DNA from: Caldisericia bacterium
GTDB lineage: Bacteria; Caldisericota; Caldisericia; UBA6126
DNA length: 64,000 bases
NCBI GenBank assembly: GCA_040767255.1
Contig: JAXGOZ010000010.1
Coordinates: forward strand, 155-64,154
Reading direction: 5' to 3'
Part shown: positions 1 through 10,131 of the stretch, one piece after another
Numbering within the stretch: position 1 is the stretch's first letter
Layout of the letters: each line of letters opens with the position of its first letter
Notes under the pieces: model-generated
Told to the model about the DNA's origin: nothing
Database searches by the model: none
Seen by the model: the letters and a program-made list of their open reading frames with translations, nothing else
Translations under genes and position numbers: made by a program

Positions 1-100
1 AAAAAGGGAAATCAAAATCAGGCATCAGCTGTCATTGCCTTTTTAAACGATGGGAGCTATAAGGTGTTGCGAGACGGACCTATTAAGTAGTCCGATCTGA

Positions 101-436
101 TTAGTCCTGAGATGAAGAAATATGAGACGTTTCCCATTTTCGAAGGTGGATATACATCCAAGGGAAATATATACCTACCGTCAGGATAGTGATCAAGATT
201 TCTTTTAGCCATACTGGGTAATATTCTTGCCATGTACCCACAAAAGATAGTCTTTTTCCATCTAGAACAAAACAACCAATATACCAGGTTAGAAAAAAGC
301 ATCTTGCATATGGATACGCCAATCCAAGAGTTAATAAGCACATGAGCAGGGAAGGTACAAAAATCCCCATCCATTCCACTGCATCACCATCGAAATATGT
401 TGGACCGCTTGATCCGCTCAAGTTGACATATGGCAT
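101..436 (-). CDS. DUF898/YjgN-like multi-pass membrane protein (3' end uncertain)
   Basis: 111-aa ORF with hydrophobic helices and TLGxYxPW-like repeats (LTLGLAYPYA, LTVGIYFPWM). It starts 9 nt after the stop of the upstream gene. The overlapping out-of-frame ORF 57..374 suggests a frame break near the 3' end. Confidence 0.4.
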   Translation of the reverse strand: MPYVNLSGSSGPTYFDGDAVEWMGIFVPSLLMCLLTLGLAYPYARCFFLTWYIGCFVLDGKRLSFVGTWQEYYPVWLKEILITILTVGIYFPWMYIHLRKWETSHISSSQD

Positions 437-444
437 TTTTTCCC

Positions 445-1664
445 CTAATTGGAAGAAGAATTTTTCACTTGAAACATTTTTGTGATTACCTCTTCCAGAA
501 TTTGATCTTTGAATGCTTTTCGAAACAAGTCATTCTTTAAAGGCATTGCATACCATTTTTGGAGTATTGTTTGAGGAGTTACTTGATAGTTGGCTTGGAT
601 TTTTTCAATCATCCCTGGTAATGTGTAAATCTGAAAACGGTTTAACTTTATCTTTTTAGCTGCTTCTTCGCAGATAAACTCCAGGATTTCTTCGTAAGTA
701 GCACTCCTTGGAGCATCAATAAGATCAGCTAAAATCGGAATGATTCCCTCCAGTATTTTTCGTGCATGGGAGTACTCTTTGTGTACTCCAATTTTCATTG
801 CCAGATCATTGACAACAGTTTCAGACATTTGCAACAGTTGTTCAATGATGTAGGGTTCGTTACGATATGGTTCAAAATAGTAACATCTTCCATACAAAGG
901 ACGAATTGCTTTCAGGGCATCGTAATAACCAAGTGCTAGGTTTTTTTTGCAGTTTTCTTGTGAGAAATCAAGTGTTCCTCCAAGGTCAGAATCAGAATCG
1001 ACAATAGTTAATTTTGCGTTTTTGACCGTAGTGGTTTTGTTCAGTCCCAGACCATGAGTTCTGATGACAATTATGTGATCAAACCCTTTGTCGCGGAGTA
1101 AATCAACGGGTGTATTATCATATACCCCTCCGTCAATAAGCTTTTGCCATCAATGACTTGCCTTTGAAAAATGGGGAAATTTGAACTTGCCATAAGATAA
1201 TCAATGAGCTGTCCGGAGGGAATATCCTTTTTAAAAACTTCATACGGTTTAAATTCAGAAATGGAAACGGTAACCAAGCCAAAATTAATAGGACTTTTTC
1301 GAAGTTTTTCTTCGTCAATGATGGAATCAAGAAGAGATCGTATTCGAGAGGTGTCTAAACCTTCTTCTTCAAGAGATCGGTGTAGTATCTTTCCAAAATA
1401 CCGAAAACTTTCTATGCTGAACTCATTTTTTTTGAGTCGATCTATTTGCTTTTGATCAATGTCCAGGATTTTTGATATAGACATATTCGACCATAGATCA
1501 ACCATGGTTTTCCAGTCTCCTTGTGCAATTAAAGCACCATTAAGAGCTCCAATTGAAGTTCCAACGACAGCATCAGGAATCAAATCATTCTCTACCAGAG
1601 CCTTATATGCTCCTGCATGATAAGAACCTTTTGCTCCGCCACCTTCCAACACAAGTCCGATCAT
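445..1664 (-). pseudogene. patatin-like phospholipase, one frameshift at an A-run near 1141-1147
   Basis: ORF 1071..1664 has the GGGAKG oxyanion loop and the GTSIG nucleophile elbow. The catalytic-Asp block LIDGGVYDNTPVDLLRDKGF is readable at 1081-1140 only in another frame, which continues into ORF 445..897. Confidence 0.75.
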
Positions 1665-2947
1665 TATTTTTTCCTTTTTGGCTTCTTTTTGTTTGTGTTC
1701 TTGTATTTTTTGTACATTTCTTTGGGTTTTTGATTGCCCATTTTGGATTGGTTTTCAAGAGATTTTTTGCGGTTTTTAAGTCCTTTAACAATGAACAATA
1801 TTGCTGCTAAGATGGCAGTAATAGCAATCCACCAAAGGGCGTATTTCTGCAGACGATCTGCATCTGTCGTGGGAATATCCTTCATATTGCATGTGAAACT
1901 ATATGGAAACTGAGTAATGGTCTGCATCTCTGATAAGGAGAACGGATTACCAAGTTGAGTATTGATGGATAAAAGATGAATGGATTCCCAGGATGCATCG
2001 GGTTTGATAGCTTTATTTCGAAAAAGATTACTGATATCACCAGGTTCTTGTAAATCGACAGACCAATATCGAATTGGTTTTTCACAAGAAAAGTCCAAAT
2101 TTGAAAATGAGATAATTTTTATGCGATCATGAGAAAATGTCCGAAAATAGATACTTCTTTCGTTTAAGTGGAACAGAATATTCCACTTAGTTTCTCCGGT
2201 TGCAGCATTTAGAAGCATATCAAAAGCACGAAGATACAACGACCCTTCTTCATTTTGATTCCAATCTGAAATCAATGCAGCCATTTTTACAAAACGATCG
2301 AGTGGAGTTGTAGCTTCTTTTGCAATTTCGGGTGGAGACGACAATGTATCAATTCCGTTTTGATATGGTATCTCAGTTAAAACCGGCCAAAAAGTATTGG
2401 GTTCCATGGAGTTGAAAACAACTGGTTCCCCATTTCGAAATTCTATCACGATAGCCTGGTTGGAGGGATCAGATACGAGATAATGCATGGGTCCGAAATA
2501 TGCAAAGGAGGGAATAGTCAAAGGTTGATCTAACAGTTCTTGCACTGATCCATATTGATCAAGGTGATATTGAATCCATTGCAAACCAAGGATAGAGTTT
2601 TGAGGTAAGGAATCATCAGGAGAGTCTTCTGATATGCGAATGATACAAAGCCCTTTTTCGTTCATCCCTGCATAAGGGAAATCTTGTCCCCATTGATTAA
2701 ATGTGACACTGCCATAACGTGAATTCCACTCAATGGACGGATTATCCTGAAACCATAAAGCTTTCTTTTGCAAGCCTTTCGGGTTGACATAAATCAGGCC
2801 GTTTTCAATAGTAGAATCAAACGTGAAGCCTGTTACTTGATCGGTAGCATTGTGAACATGAATTGCTGTATCTGCCAATGCAGTAATGGGAGTAAGGAAT
2901 AATGACGCACAAACGAGTGAAAGGAAAATTTTTCGTACTTTTTTCAT
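1664..2947 (-). CDS. secreted, C-terminally anchored Ntn-hydrolase-like protein (choloylglycine / linear amide C-N hydrolase family-like)
   Basis: 427-aa ORF with a signal peptide (LFLTPITALA), an SRYGSVTFNQWGQDFPYAGMNEKGL block resembling the CBAH family, a C-terminal TM helix (WWIAITAILAAILFIV) and a Lys-rich tail. TAATG stop/start overlaps on both sides. Confidence 0.5.
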   Translation of the reverse strand: MKKVRKIFLSLVCASLFLTPITALADTAIHVHNATDQVTGFTFDSTIENGLIYVNPKGLQKKALWFQDNPSIEWNSRYGSVTFNQWGQDFPYAGMNEKGLCIIRISEDSPDDSLPQNSILGLQWIQYHLDQYGSVQELLDQPLTIPSFAYFGPMHYLVSDPSNQAIVIEFRNGEPVVFNSMEPNTFWPVLTEIPYQNGIDTLSSPPEIAKEATTPLDRFVKMAALISDWNQNEEGSLYLRAFDMLLNAATGETKWNILFHLNERSIYFRTFSHDRIKIISFSNLDFSCEKPIRYWSVDLQEPGDISNLFRNKAIKPDASWESIHLLSINTQLGNPFSLSEMQTITQFPYSFTCNMKDIPTTDADRLQKYALWWIAITAILAAILFIVKGLKNRKKSLENQSKMGNQKPKEMYKKYKNTNKKKPKRKK

Positions 2948-4128
2948 TATTGACCCTTCTTTTTCTCAATGAGATCTTTTATGTATGGCAACATTTTCTT
3001 AATGTCACCCACCAAGGAAAGATGGGAATGTTGGAATATGGGAGCATTTTCATCTTTGTTAACGGCTATGATGTATTCGCTGGACTGCATACCTACTAAA
3101 TGTTGTACAGAGCCGGAAATTCCCAATGCAATATATACTTTAGGGGCAATTGCTTTTCCTGACATTCCTACCTGTACTTCATGTGGTAGCCAACCATTAT
3201 CAACTAAAGGTCTGGAACATCCGATGCCAGCATGAATACTTCTTGCAAAATCACAAACAAGAGCAAGATTCTCTTTTGTACCAACACCTCTACCAATGCC
3301 AATCACTATATTTTGTTTTTCTAAATCAGGGAATGAGCTTTGAATTGAGGATCTTTCTATGATTTTTTCTGGTGGAATCGAAATGTTGTCGATCTGTTCA
3401 ACTCGAATGGTACATTCTCTACCTGCATTATCCGGCAAGGGGAAAACGTGGGGTCGGATTGTTGCCATTTGTGGTCTGCGGATGGGGCAAATAATGCTTG
3501 CCATTAAATTGCCATCCCATGCAGGTCTGGTTTGAATTAAAAGACCATTATCAGTATCCATGGATAACTCGGTACAATCTGCAGTTAAACCCGTTTGTAA
3601 CTCAGTGGCAATTCGTGGAGCTAAATCTCTACCCATTTCTGTTGCAGGAAAGAGAAAAATGGATGGTTTTTCTTTTTTACAGATGGGTACAATGGCATTT
3701 GTATAAAGAAGAGGGTTGTAGTCTTGAAAAGCTGGATGATTAAGTATAAAAATCTCATCGGCTCCGGAAGCTAGAAGTTCAGAATCATCCTGATTCGATG
3801 AATTTGAGCGAAGGAAAACCCCGGTGATATGAGCAGAAGAATTCAACTCTCGGAGCTTCGCAATCATCTCATAGCTGGTGGAGTCAATTTCTCCCGTTGG
3901 TTTTTGTTCGATCATGACCCAATATTGGTTGGTTACAGGAGCAACAACTTCATCGTCAAGGGATTTGACAATTGCTTTTTGAGGGCAAATAGAAATGCAG
4001 ATTCCACAAAAATTACAAGCATCTTGAATGACTGCTTTTTTATCTTGGAGTTCGATGGCCTGAATCGGACATTTTTTGATGCATAAAGTGCAGCCGTTAC
4101 ACTGCGAGGAAATGACTTTAATTTTCAT
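2947..4128 (-). CDS. etfA: electron transfer flavoprotein alpha subunit with N-terminal 2x[4Fe-4S] ferredoxin domain
   Basis: Ferredoxin motifs CNGCTLCIKKCP and CNFCGICISICP, followed by the ETF-alpha core and the FAD block YIALGISGSVQHLVGMQSSEYIIAVNKDENAPIF. Confidence 0.9.
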   Translation of the reverse strand: MKIKVISSQCNGCTLCIKKCPIQAIELQDKKAVIQDACNFCGICISICPQKAIVKSLDDEVVAPVTNQYWVMIEQKPTGEIDSTSYEMIAKLRELNSSAHITGVFLRSNSSNQDDSELLASGADEIFILNHPAFQDYNPLLYTNAIVPICKKEKPSIFLFPATEMGRDLAPRIATELQTGLTADCTELSMDTDNGLLIQTRPAWDGNLMASIICPIRRPQMATIRPHVFPLPDNAGRECTIRVEQIDNISIPPEKIIERSSIQSSFPDLEKQNIVIGIGRGVGTKENLALVCDFARSIHAGIGCSRPLVDNGWLPHEVQVGMSGKAIAPKVYIALGISGSVQHLVGMQSSEYIIAVNKDENAPIFQHSHLSLVGDIKKMLPYIKDLIEKKKGQ

Positions 4129-4925
4129 TATTGTTGTACCTCGTGGATTGTTTTCATGATATGATTCATTGGAACATCCCCCTCGTCAAAATGAATGGTT
4201 TCGGTTGTCTTGGTAAGGGTGGGTTGAAAAGTTTTTACAACTCGTGTTGGAGATCCTTCAATACCAAGGTTTTGTATCGATATTTGAAGGTCGGTGTTTT
4301 GAAGAATGGATGGTTCCCATTTTACCTTTGCATATAAACCTCTTAAAGAGGGTAATCGAGGTAAATTGCAGTGAGCTTTGAAAGCAATTAATGCAGGAGT
4401 GGGGCATTCAATTTTTTCAATATGATTTCGAAATTCACGATGAATAAAACAGGTACTTTGGTTTTCAATCGATACGCTTGTTACCCCTAACACTTGCGGA
4501 ATGCTTAATCTAGAAGCAATACCAGGACCAACTTGTCCTGTGTCTCCATCAAGAGCTTGTTTTCCGCATAAAATGAGAGTAAAATCACCAATTTTCTGTA
4601 TAGCTTCTGTGAGTATTAAAGATGTAGCCAAAGTATCTGAACCTGCATATAGAAAATCGGATAATAAGGTTCCTTCATCAACTCCCATGGAAAAAGCTTC
4701 TTTCAGTACTTCTGTTGCTTGTTTTGGACCCATGCTAATAGCATGTACAACCGTAGAAGGGTGTTTATCTTTGATCTGTAATGCTGCTTCCACGGCATTT
4801 TTATCCGCGGGGTTCATTATTGAGGGAATCCCTCCACGTTTCATACTAAATGTTTTTTGATCAATAGAAACCTTTACCTTGTTCTCTAGATCAGGAATTT
4901 GTTTCACTAAAACAAGTATTTTCAT
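4128..4925 (-). CDS. etfB: electron transfer flavoprotein beta subunit
   Basis: MKILVLVKQIPD start and LILCGKQALDGDTGQVGPGIA block. 1-nt TAATG overlap with etfA. Confidence 0.9.
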   Translation of the reverse strand: MKILVLVKQIPDLENKVKVSIDQKTFSMKRGGIPSIMNPADKNAVEAALQIKDKHPSTVVHAISMGPKQATEVLKEAFSMGVDEGTLLSDFLYAGSDTLATSLILTEAIQKIGDFTLILCGKQALDGDTGQVGPGIASRLSIPQVLGVTSVSIENQSTCFIHREFRNHIEKIECPTPALIAFKAHCNLPRLPSLRGLYAKVKWEPSILQNTDLQISIQNLGIEGSPTRVVKTFQPTLTKTTETIHFDEGDVPMNHIMKTIHEVQQ

Positions 4926-4991
4926 GTTTTGTTACTCCTTACAATGTTTCAAATCTATTATAATGAAAGAAGAATTTGTCTAAAGGAGTAA

Positions 4992-5792
4992 ATGTTGATA
5001 GTCATTCCATATCAAACGAAAATTTTTACCGAGCCATTCCCATTGGAGCTGCTTTTGCAAGATATGTTGGGCAATGATATTGAACAGGGAGATGTCGTTG
5101 TTGTTGCATCAAAAGTAGTATCAATTTCTGAGGGTCGTGTAATATCGCTTTTTGACCTTACTGTTACCGAGGAAGCATGGGCTCTTTCTTCTGAATACCA
5201 CATGAATCCTCATTTTTGCCAGGCGATATTACAGGAAGCAGATATTATTCTGGGAGGAGTTCCAGGCGTTATCACTGCTATGAAAAACGGTATTGTCACA
5301 CCATTTTCTGGGGTAGATCAATCGAATGTTCCAAAAAATCATGCTGTACTCTGGCCAAAAAATCCAGCACTCACTGCCCAAAAAATCCATGATTTCATTA
5401 AGAACACTCACAACATTTCTGTGGGGGTTATTATTTCCGATTCTCAAATAGCTCCTTTACGAGTGGGAACTTATGGTGTTGCTTTGGCTGTTGCAGGATT
5501 TGAAGGAATCATTGATCGACGAGGAGAAAAGGATTTGTTTGGCAAAACCATGCATGTGACCCGTTTAAATATTGCAGATAATCTAGCTTCTGCAGCAAAT
5601 TTAGTAATGGGCGAAACGACTGAAAAAACTCCCGTTGCATTGATTAAGGGGTTGTCTTTACAGATTTCAGAAGCACCTGCTACTGAGCTAACTAGAAAAC
5701 TTTTAATGGATCCAGATGAATGTCTAATTTTTGGTTCTTTGTCTAGCTGGGGACCTGACAGTGACAATTCAAATCTACCCGGTTTCATGTAA
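4992..5792 (+). CDS. CofE-like (F420-0:gamma-glutamyl ligase family) protein
   Basis: Family-typical blocks GDVVVVASKVVSISEGRV, GVDQSNVP, VGVIISDS, ADNLASAANLVMGETTEKTPVALIKG. Confidence 0.7.
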   Translation: MLIVIPYQTKIFTEPFPLELLLQDMLGNDIEQGDVVVVASKVVSISEGRVISLFDLTVTEEAWALSSEYHMNPHFCQAILQEADIILGGVPGVITAMKNGIVTPFSGVDQSNVPKNHAVLWPKNPALTAQKIHDFIKNTHNISVGVIISDSQIAPLRVGTYGVALAVAGFEGIIDRRGEKDLFGKTMHVTRLNIADNLASAANLVMGETTEKTPVALIKGLSLQISEAPATELTRKLLMDPDECLIFGSLSSWGPDSDNSNLPGFM

Positions 5793-5795
5793 TCT

Positions 5796-6548
5796 ATGAG
5801 GCGTTTCTACGTACAAGCTCTTCCTTTGGATGGTTCCTCCATGAAAATCACTGGAGAAGAGTTTCATCACCTTGTTCATGTTGTGCGCTTTTCTAAAGGA
5901 GAAGAAATTGAACTAATTGCCTCAAATGGATTTGCGAAAGGGATTATTCATGAGATTCATCGCGAAGAGGCTGTTGTGATTCTTCATGAAATATCTTCTC
6001 GACCCGATATGGAATACTCTATCCACCTTTTACAAGGGATGCCTAAAGTAAAAAAAATGGATGAAATCGTGGAAAAAGGGACTGAAATTGGAATTCATTC
6101 TTTTCATCCTGTTTTTATGAAACGCTCTTTCTCTTCTTTATCTGTTTCGCAGTTACAAGAAAAACGAATGCGTTGGCAACGAATTGCAACTTCTGCTATG
6201 AAACAATCCAAAACACCTCATATTCCTATTATTTCGGAAGTCACTACCTTTGCTTCTTTCTTTGAACATTATTCTGCCTCTGCATATGACATAAAAATTG
6301 TTGCCTACGAAGCGGAACGTACAAAGAACCTGTTTTCTATTTTGTCAAAAGGATTTCATAAAAACTCCAAAGAGAAACACATCTGGCTATGTGTCGGACC
6401 CGAAGGGGGCATTGCTGATCAAGAAATTAGAATTCTCAAAGAGCATGGATTTTGCGAAGTAACTCTGGGCAATACAATACTTCGAACCGAAACAGCAGGA
6501 TATTTTTTGGCAGGTCTCGTGCAATATATTTTGGAGTTTTCTTCGTGA
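5796..6548 (+). CDS. rsmE: 16S rRNA (uracil1498-N3)-methyltransferase
   Basis: MRRFYV start, PUA-like N-terminus, C-terminal GPEGG...LGNTILRTETA SPOUT knot motif. Confidence 0.85.
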   Translation: MRRFYVQALPLDGSSMKITGEEFHHLVHVVRFSKGEEIELIASNGFAKGIIHEIHREEAVVILHEISSRPDMEYSIHLLQGMPKVKKMDEIVEKGTEIGIHSFHPVFMKRSFSSLSVSQLQEKRMRWQRIATSAMKQSKTPHIPIISEVTTFASFFEHYSASAYDIKIVAYEAERTKNLFSILSKGFHKNSKEKHIWLCVGPEGGIADQEIRILKEHGFCEVTLGNTILRTETAGYFLAGLVQYILEFSS

Positions 6549-7794
6549 AGGTTCTGTATGTAAAAACATTTGGATGTAAGGTCAATCAATACAATGCTGA
6601 AACCATGTTGCAATCCTTGTATCTCTACTACAAAATTGTGGATCGAATCGAAGATGCACACATTGTTATTATGAATGCCTGTGTAGTTACAGAAAAAGCC
6701 GAGAGAGAGTGTGTTTCTGTAAAGAAAGCGTATAAAAATCAGAATCAGAAAATCTATATTATGGGGTTGTATCGGACCTATTCTCCAGGAATTTGCGAAT
6801 CATTATCATATTCTTACTGGTCAGTTTGAGGAGATTATACGTCATCTACAAAAGGATCGCGACCAATCCTAACCTTCAAGAACCAGGCACTGTCCAGTTT
6901 CTACAACATTTTGGTGATAGAACTCGGGCTTTTGTCAAAATCCAATCTGGCTGCAACCAATACTGCGCATATTGCATTGTGCCATTTGTAAGAGGTTCTG
7001 TGGTATCAAGAACGAAAAAAGAAATCATGGTTGAAATACAGTCACTCATTCAATCTGGATACAAAGAAATTGTGATCACGGGTACACAGGTAGGCTTGTA
7101 TCAGGATCCTACCGAACCTCAAACTGGCTTTTATGAGTTGTTAGAAGAAATTGGTAAACAATTCTCAAAAAGTTTGTTCCGGGTTCGTATTTCTTCAATT
7201 GGAGTGCGATTTGTTACAAGTAGATTTTGTGAGATTGTCGCAAAGTATCCTGTCTTTTGTAATCATCTTCATATATCTTTACAATCTGCCTCAAATGCAG
7301 TTTTGAAATCCATGAACCGCTCTTATACCATTGAAGAGTATTCTGCTGTGATTGATATGTTGCGAAAGAATATCCCGGGTTTTCTTGTATCTACCGATAT
7401 GATTGTTGGATTTCCTGGAGAAACAGAGCTTGATTTTGAAAATTCACTGAATTGGGTACAGAAAATTCAGTTTTCAAAAATTCATGTATTTCCTTACTCC
7501 ATCCGGAAAGGGACAGCAGCTGCGAATTTAAAAAATCATATTTCCGATGCAGTAAAAAGAGAGAGAAGAAACCGTTTACTTGCAATCGAAAATACGATCC
7601 GGTATAATATTCACGAAAATTGTATCGGAGTTTCTGTTGAAATCCTTTTAGAGAGTAATTCGACAGGTCTCACACGCAATTACATTCGAGTTCGATTGCA
7701 GGATCTCGAGTGTGTTTTTCATGTAGGTCAATTGTATCAAGTACAAGTGACACATGCCGATGTAAACTGTTTATATGCAAAGTTGAAAGGGTGA
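6545..7794 (+). pseudogene. mtaB: MiaB-like methylthiotransferase (MtaB-type), two frame breaks at ~6765 and ~6860
   Basis: GTGA overlap with rsmE. VKTFGCKVNQ N-terminus (tail of ORF 6452..6829). A middle piece, GCIGPILQEFANHYHILTGQ, is readable only in a third frame. Radical-SAM CNQYCAYCIVP plus TRAM domain lie in ORF 6793..7794. Confidence 0.75.
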
Positions 7795-7805
7795 TGATTT
7801 TTTAG

Positions 7806-7988
7806 ATGGCTCAAGCACAGAGAAGAGACAATGAAAGTTTCGATTCTTTACTGAACCGATTTAAGCAAGATTGTGCTAGACAGGGGATAATATCTGATAT
7901 CAAAAAACATCAGTATTTTTACCCCCCCAGTGTCATGCGTCGTAAACAGATCGCTTCTGCCAAGAAGCGTCGACGTAAGGTAAAGTAA
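7806..7988 (+). CDS. rpsU: 30S ribosomal protein S21
   Basis: 60-aa basic protein; SLLNRFKQDCARQGIISDIKKHQYFYPPSVMRRK matches the S21 pattern. Confidence 0.95.
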   Translation: MAQAQRRDNESFDSLLNRFKQDCARQGIISDIKKHQYFYPPSVMRRKQIASAKKRRRKVK

Positions 7989-7998
7989 TTACTTCGCC

Positions 7999-10131
7999 GT
8001 GAACAGTATAATGGGCTCTGGTGACAGAGCCCTTCCCAATTTTCTAAAATTATTCGATCCATTTCGTATCAGTATCGTAGTTCTTTCCTTTTTATGCATA
8101 TCTGCTCTACTTTTTTCCTATGATTTTCAGCACCGAACAACTTTTTCAATTGGAGATGTAGCACCAAGAGATTTATATGCAAAACGATCTGTTATGCCCT
8201 ATTACAATCGTGTTAAAACGGATCAATTGCGCAATGATGCTGCAGCAGACGTAGAAATACGACTCACTCAAAATCATATGGTTGCTGAGGAAATGACCGA
8301 CCAGATTCAGTACATATACCGACAAATTCTGGATGAACGGAATAATCGATTAAAGAAAGATTCCGAAAAAATCGAAGAGATTGGAAACTTGCTTGGGTTA
8401 ACGCAGGATGATCTCTCTATTGCAAAATATTTACTAACTACTGAAATGAACACTCTTCAATATATTTTCGATGCTGCCACTGAAATCAACCTCGAACTTC
8501 TTGAAGCAGGAGTCCGCAAAGAGAACATTGCAAAGAAATACGAGACAATTGAACTCATTGCACTATCCTATAATAAAGACGGTAGAGAAGAAACCATACA
8601 GGCGATCACCTACATTGCGCAAAAAGAGCTACGACCCAATTTAAGCGTGGATGAACAAGCCACAAATCTTGAGAAGGAAAAAGCCAAAGCTCGAATATCT
8701 CCTGTACAGGAGAACATCCGTATTAACGAATTGTTAGTTGAAAAAGGAGAAGTGCTCAATCAAGAAGACATTGAACGCTTAAAAGCAGCTGGATATTTTA
8801 GTGATGATGCGCAGTGGATGATTTGGCTTCATGCCTTATTGTATCCATTCATTTTATTCCTTTTTCTGTTTTTTTATCTGTTTGTTTCACATAAGAACGA
8901 ATGGATCCAGAATTTAAAAAAATGTGTCCTTTTGTTTTCCTCCATTACACTATTGATTGCTATATCTCGTTTTACCATCCCATTCCAGATATACCTTGCA
9001 CCACTATTCCTGTTTTCTATCATTATGACTGTGTTTTTCAATAAACCTTTTGGATATTATAGTACTGCAATCCTAACAATACTCTTCTTTCCTTTTTTTG
9101 GAATGGATATCATTTGTACTTCTGTGTACTTGTTGTCTGCCTTGTTTACTATTCAGCTGTTCTCTGTTTTCCGAACCTATGCAGACTATATTTTGAAAAG
9201 TTTCTTAACAGGCTTGATGTTTGCAGTACTTACTTTTATCATATTTTCCATTTTTCCTGGTTATACCCCGGTCGGTGGTATCTGGACCCCTGTTTTGCTT
9301 GTATTTGTGAATGGCTTTATATCAGGCTTGTTTACTCTGGGAATCATTTTATTTTTGGAGAGAACTTTTTCATTTATCACTCCCCTTCGTTTGATCGAAT
9401 TGAGTGATTCTAATTCTCCTTTGTTACGCTATTTATTTGAGGTTGCACCCGGGAGTTACCAGCATTCGATCATGGTTGCCAACATTGCTTCTCATGCAGC
9501 AAAACAAATTGGTGCTGACCATATGCTTGTTCGGGTGGGTGCCTATTATCACGATATTGGAAAAACGGTAGTCCCGTTTTATTTTACAGAGAATAGTAGT
9601 GGAAAAAATATTCTAGACGATTTAGATCCTTATCAATCTGTTGATGTGATCAAGGGACACGTTTTGAACGGTAAGCAATTGGCAGATAAAAATAGAATAC
9701 CTCCTGGTATTCAACGTTTCATCCTTACTCATCATGGAACAACGCGCATTAGCTTCTTGTTTCAAGCCGCTCAAGCTTTGGCCCCTGAAATATCAGATGA
9801 TTCTCAGTTTCGTTATCCTGGACCAAAACCTATTTCTAAAGAAGAAACAATCCTCATGTTTGCAGATTCTGTAGAAGCTGCCGTGCGATCAATGCCAGAC
9901 AAAGATACGCAGAAGATTCGCGATGCTGTAGAGGAAATCATGAATATAAAAATTCAAGATGGTCAATTGATTGAGTCTCAATTGACCTATGCAGAGTATT
10001 ATGCAATTCAAGAATCCTTTATCTTCACCTTGGACTCATTGTATCATTCAAGAATCACATATCCTGTTGAAAAAATAGAGGAAAAAAAGGTGTTTAAGAA
10101 GAATTACCCCCACAAGAGAGGTTATGTATGA
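7999..10131 (+). CDS. pgpH: 7TM-receptor HD-domain phosphohydrolase (YqfF/PgpH-type cyclic-di-AMP phosphodiesterase family)
   Basis: 710 aa. Extracytoplasmic N-terminal region, a 7-TM block in the middle, and a C-terminal HD domain (HSIMVANIA, YYHDIGK, THHG). Sits upstream of ybeY, as in Firmicutes. Confidence 0.8.
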   Translation: MNSIMGSGDRALPNFLKLFDPFRISIVVLSFLCISALLFSYDFQHRTTFSIGDVAPRDLYAKRSVMPYYNRVKTDQLRNDAAADVEIRLTQNHMVAEEMTDQIQYIYRQILDERNNRLKKDSEKIEEIGNLLGLTQDDLSIAKYLLTTEMNTLQYIFDAATEINLELLEAGVRKENIAKKYETIELIALSYNKDGREETIQAITYIAQKELRPNLSVDEQATNLEKEKAKARISPVQENIRINELLVEKGEVLNQEDIERLKAAGYFSDDAQWMIWLHALLYPFILFLFLFFYLFVSHKNEWIQNLKKCVLLFSSITLLIAISRFTIPFQIYLAPLFLFSIIMTVFFNKPFGYYSTAILTILFFPFFGMDIICTSVYLLSALFTIQLFSVFRTYADYILKSFLTGLMFAVLTFIIFSIFPGYTPVGGIWTPVLLVFVNGFISGLFTLGIILFLERTFSFITPLRLIELSDSNSPLLRYLFEVAPGSYQHSIMVANIASHAAKQIGADHMLVRVGAYYHDIGKTVVPFYFTENSSGKNILDDLDPYQSVDVIKGHVLNGKQLADKNRIPPGIQRFILTHHGTTRISFLFQAAQALAPEISDDSQFRYPGPKPISKEETILMFADSVEAAVRSMPDKDTQKIRDAVEEIMNIKIQDGQLIESQLTYAEYYAIQESFIFTLDSLYHSRITYPVEKIEEKKVFKKNYPHKRGYV

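Noticed and set aside
1141-1147. Programmed ribosomal frameshifting at A-runs (patatin at ~1141, heparinase-like at ~31400, pcrA at ~44755).
   Set aside because: I saw no recognisable slippery heptamer plus downstream stimulatory structure, and these families are not known to use recoding. The shifts co-occur with other random lesions. Homopolymer indel error or mutation is simpler.
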